DNA from: the human T2T-CHM13v2.0 reference genome, Homo sapiens
NCBI GenBank assembly: GCA_009914755.4
Contig: CP068257.2
Span: forward strand, 37,920,001 to 37,984,000
Direction of reading: 5' to 3'
DNA length: 64,000 nucleotides
Shown here: piece by piece, positions 52,655 through 64,000 of the stretch
Position numbering within the stretch: the first letter of the stretch is position 1
How the letters are laid out: each line of letters begins with the position of its first letter
Position numbers and translations under genes: made by a program
The notes under the pieces: model-generated
Told to the model about the DNA's origin: nothing
What the model saw: the letters and a program-made list of their open reading frames with translations, nothing else
Databases searched by the model: none

Positions 52655-53232
52655 TTAGTCAGTTTGTGCTACTATAAGAAAGTACCGTAGACTGAGTGGA
52701 TTGTAAACAACAGAAATTTATTCCTCACAGTTTGGAGGCTGAAAGTCTGAGATCAGGGTGCTACCATGGTCAGGTTATGGTGAGGAACCTCTTCCAGGTT
52801 ACAGATAGCCATCTTATTATTATAATCTCAGATGGTAGAAAGAGTGAGAGAGCTCTCTGGGATATCTTTTATTTTATTAAAAAATTAAAAAGTATGTATT
52901 TAGAAAGTACAAGTGCAGATTTCTTACGTGTATATATTATGTAATGGTGAAGTCTGGGCTTTCTGTGAACCCATAACCCAAACAGTGAACATTGTACCCA
53001 ATAGGTAATTTTCAGCCCTCACCCACCTCCCACCCTCCCATCTTTTATAGTCTCCAATGTTTATTAAAGAATATCTTTTAAAAGGCAACTAATCCTATTC
53101 AAGAGGGCTCCACCTTCATGAACTAATCACCTCTCAAAGGCCCCACCTCCTAATACCATCACCTTGGGGGTTAGGATTTCAATATGAATTTTGGGGGAAC
53201 ACAAACACTCATTCCATAGTAACAAAGCTTCA
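52655..53232 (-). mobile_element. MLT1-type MaLR LTR (antisense) in two pieces (52655-52870, 53085-53232) separated by an old L1 3'-end fragment (about 52885-53075); all nested in the L1M
   Basis: ctcttagtcagtttgtgctactataagaaagtaccgtagactgagtggattgtaaacaacagaaatttattcctcacagtttggaggctgaaagtctgagatcagggtgctaccatggtcagg ... then agtacaagtgcagatttcttacgtgtatatattatgtaatggtgaag (L1 3'-end-like) ... then ggcaactaatcctattcaagagggctccaccttcatgaactaatcacctctcaaaggccccacctcctaataccatcaccttgggggttaggatttcaatatgaattttggggg. Confidence 0.45.
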
Positions 53233-53797
53233 GAGACTTTTGGAACAATACCAAAATATCTAACATTTATGCCATTGGAATCTCAGAAGAAATATAGAGA
53301 AATAATGGAGCAGAAAAAAATATTTCAATAAATTCTGGCCAAAAACTTCCCAAGTTTGGTAAGACACAGCTGTATAGGCTCAAGAAACCCAGTAAACCCT
53401 AAACAGGATAAAATCAAGGAAAAGAACATATAAACATGGAACAATAAAATTGGTGAAAACCAAAGAAGAGGAAACAATCTTGAAAGCAGTCACAGAAAAA
53501 TGAAACTACAAATGGGAGAACAACTTTTTACATGACTGCAGATTCCTCATATGAAACCATGGAGTAGAGAGGACAGTGGAACAACATCATTAAAGTGCCA
53601 AAAGAAAAAAACAGTCAACCCAGAATTTGATAGCTAGTGAAAATATTCTTCAGGATTGATGGCAAATTAAGGAATTATCAGATAAATGAAAACTAAAGAG
53701 TTTGTCACCAGCATACCTGCTCTAAAAGAAATGCTAAGGGAAATTCTTTAGGCTGAGAAAAAATGATATCAGAGGGATACTTAAAACTTCAGGAGTG

Positions 53798-54116
53798 GGC
53801 CGGGCCTGGTAGCTCATGCCTGTAATCCCAGCACTTTGGGAGGCTGAGGTGGGTGGATCACGAGGTCAAGAGATCGAGACCATCCTGGCCAACCTGGTGA
53901 AACCCCGTCTCTACTAAAAATACAAAAATTAGCTGGGCATGGTGGTACATGCCTGTAATTCCAGCTACTCAGGAGGCTGAGGCAGGAGAATCACTGGAAC
54001 CCAGGAGGCAGAGGTTGCAGGGAGCCTAGATAGTGCTACTGCACTCCATCTTGGTGACGGAGTGAGACTCCATCTCAAAAAAAAAAAATAAATAAATAAA
54101 ATAAAAAAAAAAAAAC
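53798..54116 (+). mobile_element. Alu SINE with 15-bp target-site duplication aaaacttcaggagtg
   Basis: gggccgggcctggtagctcatgcctgtaatcccagcactttgggaggctgaggtgggtggatcacgaggtcaagagatcgagaccatcctggccaacctggtgaaaccccgtctctactaaaaatacaaaaattagctgggcatggtggtacatgcctgtaattccagctactcaggaggctgaggcaggagaatcactggaacccaggaggcagaggttgcagggagcc ... A-rich tail. Flanks aaaacttcaggagtg at 53783-53797 and 54120-54134. Confidence 0.9.
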
Positions 54117-55633
54117 CAAAAAACTTCAGGAGTGAAAGAAGAGCAACAGAAATGGTAAATATCTGGGTAGACATAGTAAGATGATTTTTTGTTTTTAGGT
54201 ATTTAAAAATATATATGGCTGTTAAAAGCAAAAATTATAACACTGGTAGAGTTTTTAATATGTGAAGAAATGATACATATTACAACTATAATAAAAAGTG
54301 AGAAAGGCAAAAGAACCTATATGGTTGTAAGTCTTCTACATTTTACTTGAAGTAGTATAAAATATGAATTCCAGGTAGACTGTGAAATATACATAGGGTC
54401 TATACATATACATATATACACACATTTATATATAATATATGTATGTATTCATTTATATGGTAAGCCCTAGAATGACGACTAAAAATCAAAGTACTATGTG
54501 ATGTTGTTAAAAAGCCTATAGATGAATTAAAATGGAAATCTAAACACATTGAAGCCTGGGAGGCAGAAACACTGGAATAAAAAACAAAGAAATGAACAGA
54601 AAACAAATAACATGGAAGACTTACCTGACCATATTAATAATTATGTGAAATACAAGTGGTCTAAAAATACAAATTAAAAATCAGAGATTGTCAGTTGGGA
54701 CAAGAAAACAAGACCTAATTATATGCTGAGTACAAAAAAATCAATTTCTAATTATAATGACAGGTTAAAAATAAAAGGATGAAAGTATCAATCAGTGGTA
54801 ACCTGGAGTGACTACATTAACATCACACAAAGTAGACTTCAGAGCATACAAAACTTACCAGGAATAAAGAGGGGCATTTGACAATGATAAAATGGTCAGC
54901 TTACCAAGAAGAAGAATCATCTAAATGTGTATACATGTAAATTTTAAAATATGAATCTAAAATGGATAGAGTTAAAAGTAGACATAGACAAATCTATGAT
55001 TCTGCTTGGACACTTCAACATTCCTCTTAGTAATTGAGAGAGCAAATAAGTCAACAAACTATAGACGGCTTGAATGACATTATGAACCAATTTGATGTAA
55101 TTGACATTTATAAAACATTCCACCCTACAGCAGCAGAATACATATGGTTTCCAAACATACACACAGCATTGAACAAGATAGACCATATTCTGGCCCATAG
55201 AACAAACCTTAACACATTTAAAATAATTGAAATGTTGAAAAGTATTCTCTGACCATAAGAGAATTAAGCCAGAGATCCATACAGAAAGATATCTAGAAAA
55301 TCCTTTAATACTTGGAAATTATAAATAATCCATAAGTCAAAGAGGGAGTGACAAGGGAAATTAGACAATTTTGCTTGAACTGAGTGTAGAAAGAAACAAA
55401 ATCTATTAAAATTTGTAGAATTCTGATAAAGCTGTAGTTAGAGGAAATTTTAAAGCATTAAGTGCTTTTATTACAAAGAATAAAAGGTCTCAAATCAATC
55501 TAAGCTTCCGCCGTAAGAAACTAAACAAATATATTAAGCCAAAAACAAATAGAAAATATAGAGTATTCTAAAGTTTATTTGGAAAGGCAAAGGAATTATA
55601 ATGCCAAAACAATTTTGAAAAAGAATAAAGTAG

Positions 55634-55900
55634 GGCCGGGGGTGGTGGCTCATGCCTGTAATCCCAGCACTTTGGGAGGCAGAGGAGGGTGGATTGCATG
55701 AATCCAGGAGTTTGAGATCAGCCTTGGCAAATAAGGTGAAACCTCGTCTCTACAAAAAATACAAAACTTAGCTGGGCACAGTGGCATGTGTCTGTAGTCC
55801 CAGCTGAGCCTGGGAGGTCGAGGCTGCAGTGAGCTGAGATCGTGCCACTGTACACCAGCCTGGGCGACAGAGTGAGACGCTGTGTCAGAAAAAAAAAAGA
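55634..55900 (+). mobile_element. Alu SINE (internally deleted) with target-site duplication agaataaagtagg
   Basis: gggccgggggtggtggctcatgcctgtaatcccagcactttgggaggcagaggagggtggattgcatgaatccaggagtttgagatcagccttggcaaataaggtgaaacctcgtctctacaaaaaatacaaaacttagctgggcacagtggcatgtgtctgtagtcccagctgagcctgggaggtcgaggctgcagtgagctgagatcgtgccactgtacaccagcctgggcgacagagtgagacgctgtgtcagaaaaaaaaaag. Flanked by agaataaagtagg on both sides. Confidence 0.9.
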
Positions 55901-56054
55901 ATAAAGTAGGAAGAGCCAGTCTATCCAATTTCAAGATTTATTTTATAGCTATGGTAATCAAGAGAGTATATTATAAGGAGAGGGGTAGACACATAGATCA
56001 ATGGGAATAGAATAGATAACCCAGAAATAGACCCACACAAGTATGGTGTATGGA

Positions 56055-56447
56055 TTTTTTTTTTTTTAACTTTTAAATTCAGGAGTACAAGTGCAGGTTT
56101 ATTACATAGGTACACTTGTGTCATGGAGTTTTGTTGTACAGATTATTTCATCACGCACGAATTAAGCCTAGTACCCATTAGTTATTTTTCCTGATCCTCT
56201 CCTTCCTCCCAACCTCCATTCTCTGAAAGGCCCCAGTGTATGTTGTTCGCCTCTATATGTCCGTGTGTTCTCATCATTTAGCTCCCACTTACAAAAGTGA
56301 GAACATGCAGTATCTATCTGGTTTTCTGTTCCTGTGTTAGTTTGCTAAGGATAATGGCCTCCAGCTCCATCCATGTCCCCGCAAACATGATCTCATTCTT
56401 TTTTATGGCTGTATTCCATGGTGTATATGTACAAGAAAATGTGGTAC
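56055..56447 (-). mobile_element. L1 3'-end fragment (antisense, about 0.39 kb) nested in the L1M
   Basis: poly(T) aacttttaaattcaggagtacaagtgcaggtttattacataggtacacttgtgtcatggagttttgttgtacagattatttcatcacgcac ... ttagctcccacttacaaaagtgagaacatgcagtatctatctggttttctgttcctgtgttagtttgctaaggataatggcctccagctccatccatgtccccgcaaacatgatctcattcttttttatggctgtattccatggtgtatatgt. Confidence 0.8.
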
Positions 56448-57264
56448 ATAAACAACATGACTTATTGATTTTTGACAAAGATGCACAAGCAATTCAATGA
56501 ATGAAAGAAAGATCGTCATTTAGGTAAACAGTTTAAACAATTGGACATCGATAGGTACAAAAGTAAGGCTTGGTTTAAGACTCACAATTTATTTAAAAAT
56601 TAACTCAAAATGGATTGTGGCTTTAAATGTAAAATGTAAAACTGTAAAACTCTAAAACATTTAGAAAGAAATATAGGAGAAAGTCTTTGAAATCTAAGGC
56701 TACGCAGAGTATTCTTGGACTTGACACCAAAGGCACAATCCATAAATGGAAAAATTGGTAAACTGGACTTTGTCAAAATTAAAAACTTTCCCTCAGTGAA
56801 AGGCCCTGTTAAGAGGGTGAAAAGACAAGCTACACACAGGAAGAGAATATTTTAAAGCCACGTATCTGACAAATAACTAATGTACATGAAGTTAAAATCC
56901 TAGTATATTATGTATGTGTACATACATATGCGTATTTATATAAAGAACTCTCAAAACACACATAAGCAACTGAATTAGAAATGGATCAATGGTATAAAGA
57001 GACATTTCACTGAAGAGGATATTCAGATGGTAAATAAACACATGGAAAGGTGCTCATTAGCTTTTCTGGAAATTCACAGTGGGCTATCACAACACACCTA
57101 TCACAATGGCCAAAATAGAATAACACCACCAAATGCCTGCAATGATGTGGGGACACGGGGTCACTCACGTGTTGTTGTGGGAATGTAAAATGGTGCAGAC
57201 ACCCTGGAAAACAGTTATAAGAATTAATCCCTCTTAAAGAAATATCTATTCAAATTCAATTTAT

Positions 57265-57629
<365 letters not shown>

Positions 57630-57789
57630 TAAGATCAGGTGAAATTAATATAGGAAATTTAAGAAGTTCAGATTAAGCTTTCTATGAGGAAGTAAATAAA
57701 CTACATGTACATAAATTAGAATATTATACTACTATTGTATTTATACTGTTACTAAATCCAAGAGAAGGCAGATTATCAAAGTGGTTTAA

Positions 57790-58068
57790 TTTTTTTTTGA
57801 GACAGAGTCTTGCTGTATTGCCCAGGCTGGAGTACAGTGGTGTGATCATTACTCACTGCAGCCTTGCACTCCTGTGCTCGATGGATCCTCCTGTCTCAGC
57901 ATCCCGTGTAGGTGGGATTATAGGCACATGCCACCTTGCCTGGCTAATTTTTTGCAGAGACAAGGTCTCACTATATTGCCTAATCTGACCTTGAACTCCT
58001 GGCCTCAAGTGATCCTCCTTGGCCTCCCAAAGTTCTGGGATCACAGGTGTAAGCCACCATATCTGGCC
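57790..58068 (-). mobile_element. Alu SINE, antisense
   Basis: tttttttttgagacagagtcttgctgtattgcccaggctggagtacagtggtgtgatcattactcactgcagccttgcactcctgtgctcgatggatcctcctgtctcagcatcccgtgtaggtgggattataggcacatgccaccttgcctggctaatttt ... cccaaagttctgggatcacaggtgtaagccaccatatctggcc. Confidence 0.9.
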
Positions 58069-59337
58069 TCAAAATGGTCTAATTTTGAATGATTCATCTT
58101 GATTAAACATTGTTTAATTGTTTGAGAAATTTCTGTCTATACAGATATGTGTGTATAACTCTCTCTCTTTAAATTGTTAACAGTGGTGATTCAGCTGTGA
58201 CCCTTCTTATGACCTAAATATGATTAGCCAAGGCTATTAAATCAACTCTGGCTAAACCTTTCTTTTTGCTTTCAGAACTGCAGTCTCAATAAGAATGTTT
58301 TACTTAAAGGAACCAAAACATTTGAAGCATTAGGAGTTCATATTTTTTCCTTTTGGATTTATTCTATTTAAAATTTATATAAGTGCTTACAAGTCTGTAT
58401 AAAGCATTTATTACAAGAAACTTTGTAATCTGATGTGTTAATTTTCTTCTATTTAGTGTTAACTCTATCTATCTGAACTAGATAATTCTAGAGTTTGCAG
58501 ATAATGGTCATTGCAGAATTGAAAGACTTTCTTAAGGAGTGGTGGGGGTGGCGTTAACCATTTCAAGCTCAGCTGTTCTAGGCTGAGCACATCAGGGACA
58601 TAGAAGAATTTCCCTCTACAGCCCAAGTCCTGGGAAAGGTGGCAATTTTTCATCTTCTGACATATCACAGACACAACAAAAACAAACTGAGACTGGAACC
58701 TCAGAGGACAAAACTCTAGAGTGGATGTAGTATATACTGCTTGGGTGATGGGTACACCAAAATCTCACAAATCACCACTAAAGAACGTACTCATGTAACC
58801 GAACACCACCTGTTCCCCAATAACCAATGGAAATACAAAATTAAAAAAAAATAAAAAATGAAGTCTCACGGGAGACTACCGATCAGTTACAACACAAGGC
58901 ATGAGCTATGGTACTTGGACAGCTTAGCTTCAACAAAACAAATTGCAGTTTCAGTGAGAAATCCAGGAGCACTCTGAGCTCAGTTGCCTCTGCAAGGCAC
59001 CCAGGCTGCAGGAGAGTTGGAAGACCAAGCCTCAGCACTTGAGGGTTCCAGGAGCTGTGCCTTTCTGCTTTACAGGTTCCAGCTGGACAATCTCGGTGGA
59101 CTCACCAGACCGTCCAAGAATAAAACAAAGACCACCGGTGCTAAATAATACAAAGCCATCTTTATTATTTTGACAGGGAAAGGAACATATGCCAGTGAAG
59201 AAATTTGCTGAGTGGTGTAATGATTAATTTTATGTGTCTACTTGCCTAGGTCATGGTGCCCTGTTCTTTGTTTCAACAATATAAAGATATTTTTTAGATG
59301 TCATTAACATTTAGGTCAACAGATTTTGAGTTAAGCA

Positions 59338-59900
59338 GACTCCATAATGTGGGTGGGCCTCCTCCAATCAGCTGAAGGCCTTAAGAGAAAAAGACTGACC
59401 TCCCCTGAGCAAGAAGAAATTCTGCTGCCAGATTGCTTTTATTTACTTGTTTGTTTGTTTGTTTGTTTTTTGAGACAGGGTCTTGCTCTGTCCCCTAGGC
59501 TGGAGTGCAGTGGTGTGATCATGGCTCACTGGAGCCTCCTAACCTTCTGGGCTAAAGCGATCCTCCCACCTCAGTCCCCTGAGTAGCTGGGACTACAGGC
59601 ATGTGCCACCATGTCCAGCTAATTTTTAATTTTTTTGTAGAGCTGGGGTCTTGCTATGTTGCCCAGGCTGGTGTCAAACTCCTGAGCTCAAGTGACCTTC
59701 CCACCTTAGCCTTCCAAAGTGCTGGAATTACAGGCATGAGCCACCATGCCCGGCCCAGACTGCCTTTCAATACAACTCTTTCCTGGGTCTCTACTCTTGA
59801 TGGCCAACCCTGCAGATTTTGGACTTGCCAGCCCCTAAAACTGTGAATCAATCCTTAAAATCTGTCTCTCTCATTCTTTTCATAGCCTATTGTTTCTGTT
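59338..59900 (+). mobile_element. MaLR/MLT-type LTR remnant (59338-59437 and 59757-59900) interrupted by an Alu (59438-59757)
   Basis: gtgggcctcctccaatcagctgaaggccttaagagaaaaagactgacctcccctgagcaagaagaaattctgctgccagattgctttt [Alu] agactgcctttcaatacaactctttcctgggtctctactcttgatggccaaccctgcagattttggacttgccagcccctaaaactgtgaatcaatccttaaaatctgtctctctcattcttttcatagcctattgtttctgtttctctggag. Confidence 0.4.
59438..59757 (-). mobile_element. Alu SINE, antisense, with (TTTG)n-type tail
   Basis: atttacttgtttgtttgtttgtttgttttttgagacagggtcttgctctgtcccctaggctggagtgcagtggtgtgatcatggctcactggagcctcctaaccttctgggctaaagcgatcctcccacctcagtcccctgagtagctgggactacaggcatgtgccaccatgtccagc ... ccaaagtgctggaattacaggcatgagccaccatgcccggccc. 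Confidence 0.9.
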
Positions 59901-60562
59901 TCTCTGGAGGACGTTGGATAATACAACTAGTTTGCCAAATAGAAAACTCTGGGGGTTTTAACTGCTGGAATGGGGAAGTTCACAGTGATTATGCTAATTA
60001 AGCATTGACTTTTATCTTCTAGACAGGATGAAATTATTCCTTGGATCTTTATGCAGTCTGTCAAAATAATTCCCACTGCTCATTGTTCAGGAAATTGTCT
60101 TCTGTGAAGTCCAATGGGTTCTGACATCCCAGGTCTCAGATACTCGTACTGCAGCTAGTTGGAGCCAGCCGAGACAAAGCACAACATCCATTTTGATAAT
60201 GAGTTGGCAAGTGCTGCCGTCAGTGGGAAGATTTTCTTTCCTCTAATTTCCCATCAAGATTTTCTTCTGACTAATGTATACTCAGCATACATGAGTTCTC
60301 AATAAAAATTGTGTTTTCTTTTTTCTTTTAAGATTCAATAGCCATAAATTGCCACACCAAGGAAATAAGGCTAGAGCAAAAGGAAGGCAAGAAGTAAATA
60401 TTAAAGAAATGAAATAAGATTTTTCACCCTTTTCCCTCAGTGCACTGATGTATTTTAATGTCAGCCATGGCCAGAGACCTTTGAGGCATGAAGGGTTAGA
60501 ATTTGGGTCTTGTTCATACTTCCTGAATCCTCCATCGAGAAACCTGAGTGTTAGGGACTGAC

Positions 60563-60945
60563 TTGTGCTCTCTGCCCCAAATTCTTATGTTGAAGCCTTA
60601 ACCCCCAATGTGACTGTATTTGGAGGTAGGGCTTATAAGGGGGTAATAAAATATAAATGAGATCAGAAAGATGAGACTCTAATCTAATAGGATTGGTGTC
60701 CCTAGAAGAAGAGGAAGAGGCATCAGAGACCTCTATCTCTTTCTGCTGTGTAAAAGGCCATGTGAAGACACAGCAAGAATGTGGCTGTCTGAAAGTCAGG
60801 AAGAGAGCCCTCGCTGGGAACCAAATTCGCCAGCACTTTGATCTTGGACTTTAGTCTTCAGAACTGTGAGAAAATAAATGCTTGTTGTTTAAGTCACCCA
60901 GCATGTGGAATTTTGCTATGGCAGCCCACGCAGACTAAGATGCTG
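60563..60945 (+). mobile_element. MLT1-type MaLR LTR
   Basis: ccccaaattcttatgttgaagccttaacccccaatgtgactgtatttggaggtagggcttataagggggtaataaaatataaatgagatcagaaag ... ctttctgctgtgtaaaaggccatgtgaagacacagcaagaatgtggctgtctgaaagtcaggaagagagccctcgctgggaaccaaattcgccagcactttgatcttggactttagtcttcagaactgtgagaaaataaatgcttgttgtttaagtcacccagcatgtggaattttgctatggcagcccacgcagactaagatg. Confidence 0.6.
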
Positions 60946-61188
60946 AGACAATCTCTCCTTTGGACCACTGATTGAGGGGAGTCAACTTGGCTTCTCTGAT
61001 CTAATAGTTTTGCTCAGTGGAAGGTGACACCAGGCCAAAGACACATTGACTCCATCCTTTACTTGTGTTTTCTTGTAAAATGTAGAGTCTGCCACGCCCT
61101 GGCTTTAAGTCTTTTGGGGTTTTCTCAGTGGCTGCATGATCACATTCTAATTCTTCAGAAAGTCATTCAAAAATCTTCACATTATGTG

Positions 61189-61484
<296 letters not shown>

Positions 61485-61566
61485 CTTTCACATTAAAGCC
61501 CCAAGCTCCTTCTCTTCCCACATCACTTTCCACTCTATGTCCTCTGTCTTCTAGTACATGGGCCCT

Positions 61567-61932
61567 GTATTAATCCGTTTTCATGCCGCTATGAAGAAAT
61601 ACACAAGACTAGGTAATTTATAAAGGAAAGAGGTTTAATTGACTCATAGTTCTGGAGAGGCCTCAAGAAACTTACAATCATTGTGGAAGGGGAAGCAAAC
61701 TTGTCCTTCACTTGGCTGCAGGAAGGAGAGTCCTGAGCAAAAGGGGGAAAAGCTCCTTGCAAAACCTTCAGATCTCGTGAGAACTCACTCACTATCACAA
61801 GAACAGCATGAGGGTAACCGCCCCCATGATTTAATTACCTCCCACAAGGTCCCTCCCCCCAACACGTGGGGGTTACAATTCGGATTACAATTCAAGATGA
61901 GATTTGAATGGGGACACAGAGCCAGACCATAT
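61567..61932 (-). mobile_element. THE1/MST-type MaLR solo LTR (antisense)
   Basis: tgtattaatccgttttcatgccgctatgaagaaatacacaagactaggtaatttataaaggaaagaggtttaattgactcatagttctggagaggcctcaagaaacttacaatcattgtggaagg ... cagatctcgtgagaactcactcactatcacaagaacagcatgagggtaaccgcccccatgatttaattacctcccacaaggtccctccccccaacacgtgggggttacaattcggattacaattcaagatgagatttgaatggggacacagagccagaccatata. Confidence 0.75.
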
Positions 61933-63669
61933 AAGGCCCTGTGTAGTTGGCAGAATAATGGTCCCCCAATATACCTGCCCTCTGATTCCTGACACCTGTG
62001 AATATGGCACATTACATGGCAAAAGGGACTTTGCAGGTAGAATTAAGGCTGCAGACCTTAAAATGGGGAGGTTAGCCTGGCTGATTCAGGTAGGTCCAAT
62101 ATACTCACATGCACTCTTAAAGATGAAAGAGGGAGGCAGACAAGCCATAGAGAATGGAAGAGGTGGGAGAGAGTCACAGTGCAAGAGGGACTTCCCGCGG
62201 GTGCTGGCTGTCAGGATGAGATGGGCCATGAACCAGGGAGGGCAGGCGGCCTCCAGAAGCTGAGGGCAGCCCCTGGCCAACAGCCAGCAAGGAAACAAGG
62301 ACTTCATTCCTACAACCCCACACAGCTGAATTCTGCCAGCAGCCCCAGTGAGCCTGGACGTGGATCCTCCACCAGAGCTCAGCACTGATGACATCTTGAT
62401 TTTGGCCTTGAGAGACGAAGCACAGAAGCCAGCAGAGCCCGTGAGATTTCTGACCTCCCCTAGGAAGTGTAAGATAATACGCTTGTATTGTTTTAAACTA
62501 TGTTAGTCGCAGTTTATTCCAGCAGCCACAGGAAACATTGCCCCCGCACATGTCCTCATTTGCATGCTTTCTTGTGTGCTGCTGCTGCTGCTGGGAACAC
62601 CTGTTCTTTAGCTCGCCATTACGTTAAAATCTCACCTGTCCTGGAAGGCCCAGCTTCCACGGCCATCCCTGAGCAGCACTTCCCTGCCCTTAATGACAGA
62701 GCAGAATGAATCACATTCTTCTCTGTTCTTAGAGAATTTTGCTTCTATCTCAACAAAGTGCATGCGGTGAGTGGTTAGCATCTACGCGATGGTCGCCTTT
62801 TGCTGCACTCTGACCCTTGTCCCTAGCCCAGTGCCTGATAGTCTGCTGTCAATCAGATATTTATTGGGAGGCTATGTTGGTGCCACACAGATGTGTCGTA
62901 GGGGCTAGGTATACGGGGATGCCTAAATCAGACCCAGGGCCCTTCATTCTCTCATGGACCTTCTAGGCTACACATATTCAGTGCCTCATAAACATCTGCT
63001 AAGTTAATTGAACCGAGGCCTCCTAGAGACAAGGAAGCCACAGTCACCGGGAAGCAGGATTGGCCTGGTCTGTCAGGGCAGCCTCATATATATGCACACA
63101 CGAGTCTTCCTCCCACAGCATGGACCATCTGCCATCTGCGGGAAGCTGTGGGGCACCAGGAATGCTCATCGCAGGGTTGTATTTGGTTCAGCCACGATTT
63201 GCCTGGGGCGTAAGAGAGTGCTGCTTTCCCTTTTCTCCTCAAACTTCCTTTTTATAAGGTGACTGCAATGATATTTACACACATCGTTTCCAAAAGGCTT
63301 TTTTCACATTCGCCATGACATTTAACCTTATGATAAACCTAGGGTGCACACGCAAGTAAAGCGAAGAAAACATGCGATTGATTACAATTGTATAGCTGTT
63401 TTATTTAGTCTTTCCTGCTGAAAAGTCCCTAGTTTCAGGGCTAATGGGCTGGCCTTGTTCTTCAATGTAGCCATTTACAAGAAACAGCTGAAGCTAAGTT
63501 TTGCTTATGTTTGGAAATCAAGCAAGATCTACATCTCTTATGAGGCCTAACTGGCTTTGTCTGTGTTTGCTCAGTAGTGTACCCAACCACTTCTGGCTTG
63601 AAGCTGTTTGGACTGGGGTTTTAACAAATAAAATCTCAACTTTTATGGTGCCTCAGTTTACCATTTAAC

Positions 63670-63800
63670 AGAGGCCTCAGAAGAAATCCACCCTGCTGAC
63701 CCCTCGATTGCAGACTTCTAGCCTCCAGAACTGTGGGCAGATAAATGCCTGTTAGTGAAGCTGCCCAGTCTGTGGGTCTTATAGCAGCCCAAGCAAATGA
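63670..63800 (+). mobile_element. MLT1-type LTR 3'-end fragment (tentative)
   Basis: gaggcctcagaagaaatccaccctgctgacccctcgattgcagacttctagcctccagaactgtgggcagataaatgcctgttagtgaagctgcccagtctgtgggtcttatagcagcccaagcaaatgaatcc parallels 60820-60945 and 46800-46937. Confidence 0.4.
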
Positions 63801-64000
63801 ATCCACTTACCTGTGGCCTTATTTAAGTTCCCTTCCATCCCTGGCCTCTCTGCCCCCAGTGTCTACTTTAATCTCTGTGACCAAGTCCCCATCTCCACGG
63901 TGCAAGTTGGGGGCCAGGCGGGCTCAGCTGGGCCTTGAGCTGGCATAGGGTAGCCCCAATGCTGAAGATTCACCAGTGATAAACACAGACACAGAGAGAC

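Overview
This window is hominoid (human-like) nuclear genomic DNA, not a prokaryotic or viral locus. I count about 23 Alu copies (full-length or fragmentary), several L1 3' ends and one large degraded L1M, many ERVL-MaLR LTRs (THE1/MSTA/MLT1-type), MIR fragments and a dozen microsatellites or low-complexity tracts. Recognisable interspersed repeats cover more than half of the 64 kb. I found no convincing protein-coding exon, rRNA, tRNA, CRISPR array or operon-like organisation. Every ORF in the six-frame track falls inside repeats (L1 ORF2 remnants, THE1 internal region, Alu antisense, the (TTTCC)n repeat or polypyrimidine tracts) or is short and unsupported. I therefore cannot support any novel biological system here. 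The features that merit a second look are structural: a full-length THE1 retrotransposon retaining a 333-codon ORF; a ~200-bp MITE-like palindrome; a nested LTR insertion with an inverted paralogue 43 kb away; a local inverted duplication with an 83-bp flanking direct duplication; an Alu-tail-derived (TTTCC)~53 repeat; long polypyrimidine tracts; and a small CpG-retaining non-repeat segment. All coordinates are read by eye and approximate (about +/-15 bp). Family names for the MLT1-type elements are my best recollection and should be confirmed with RepeatMasker/Dfam.
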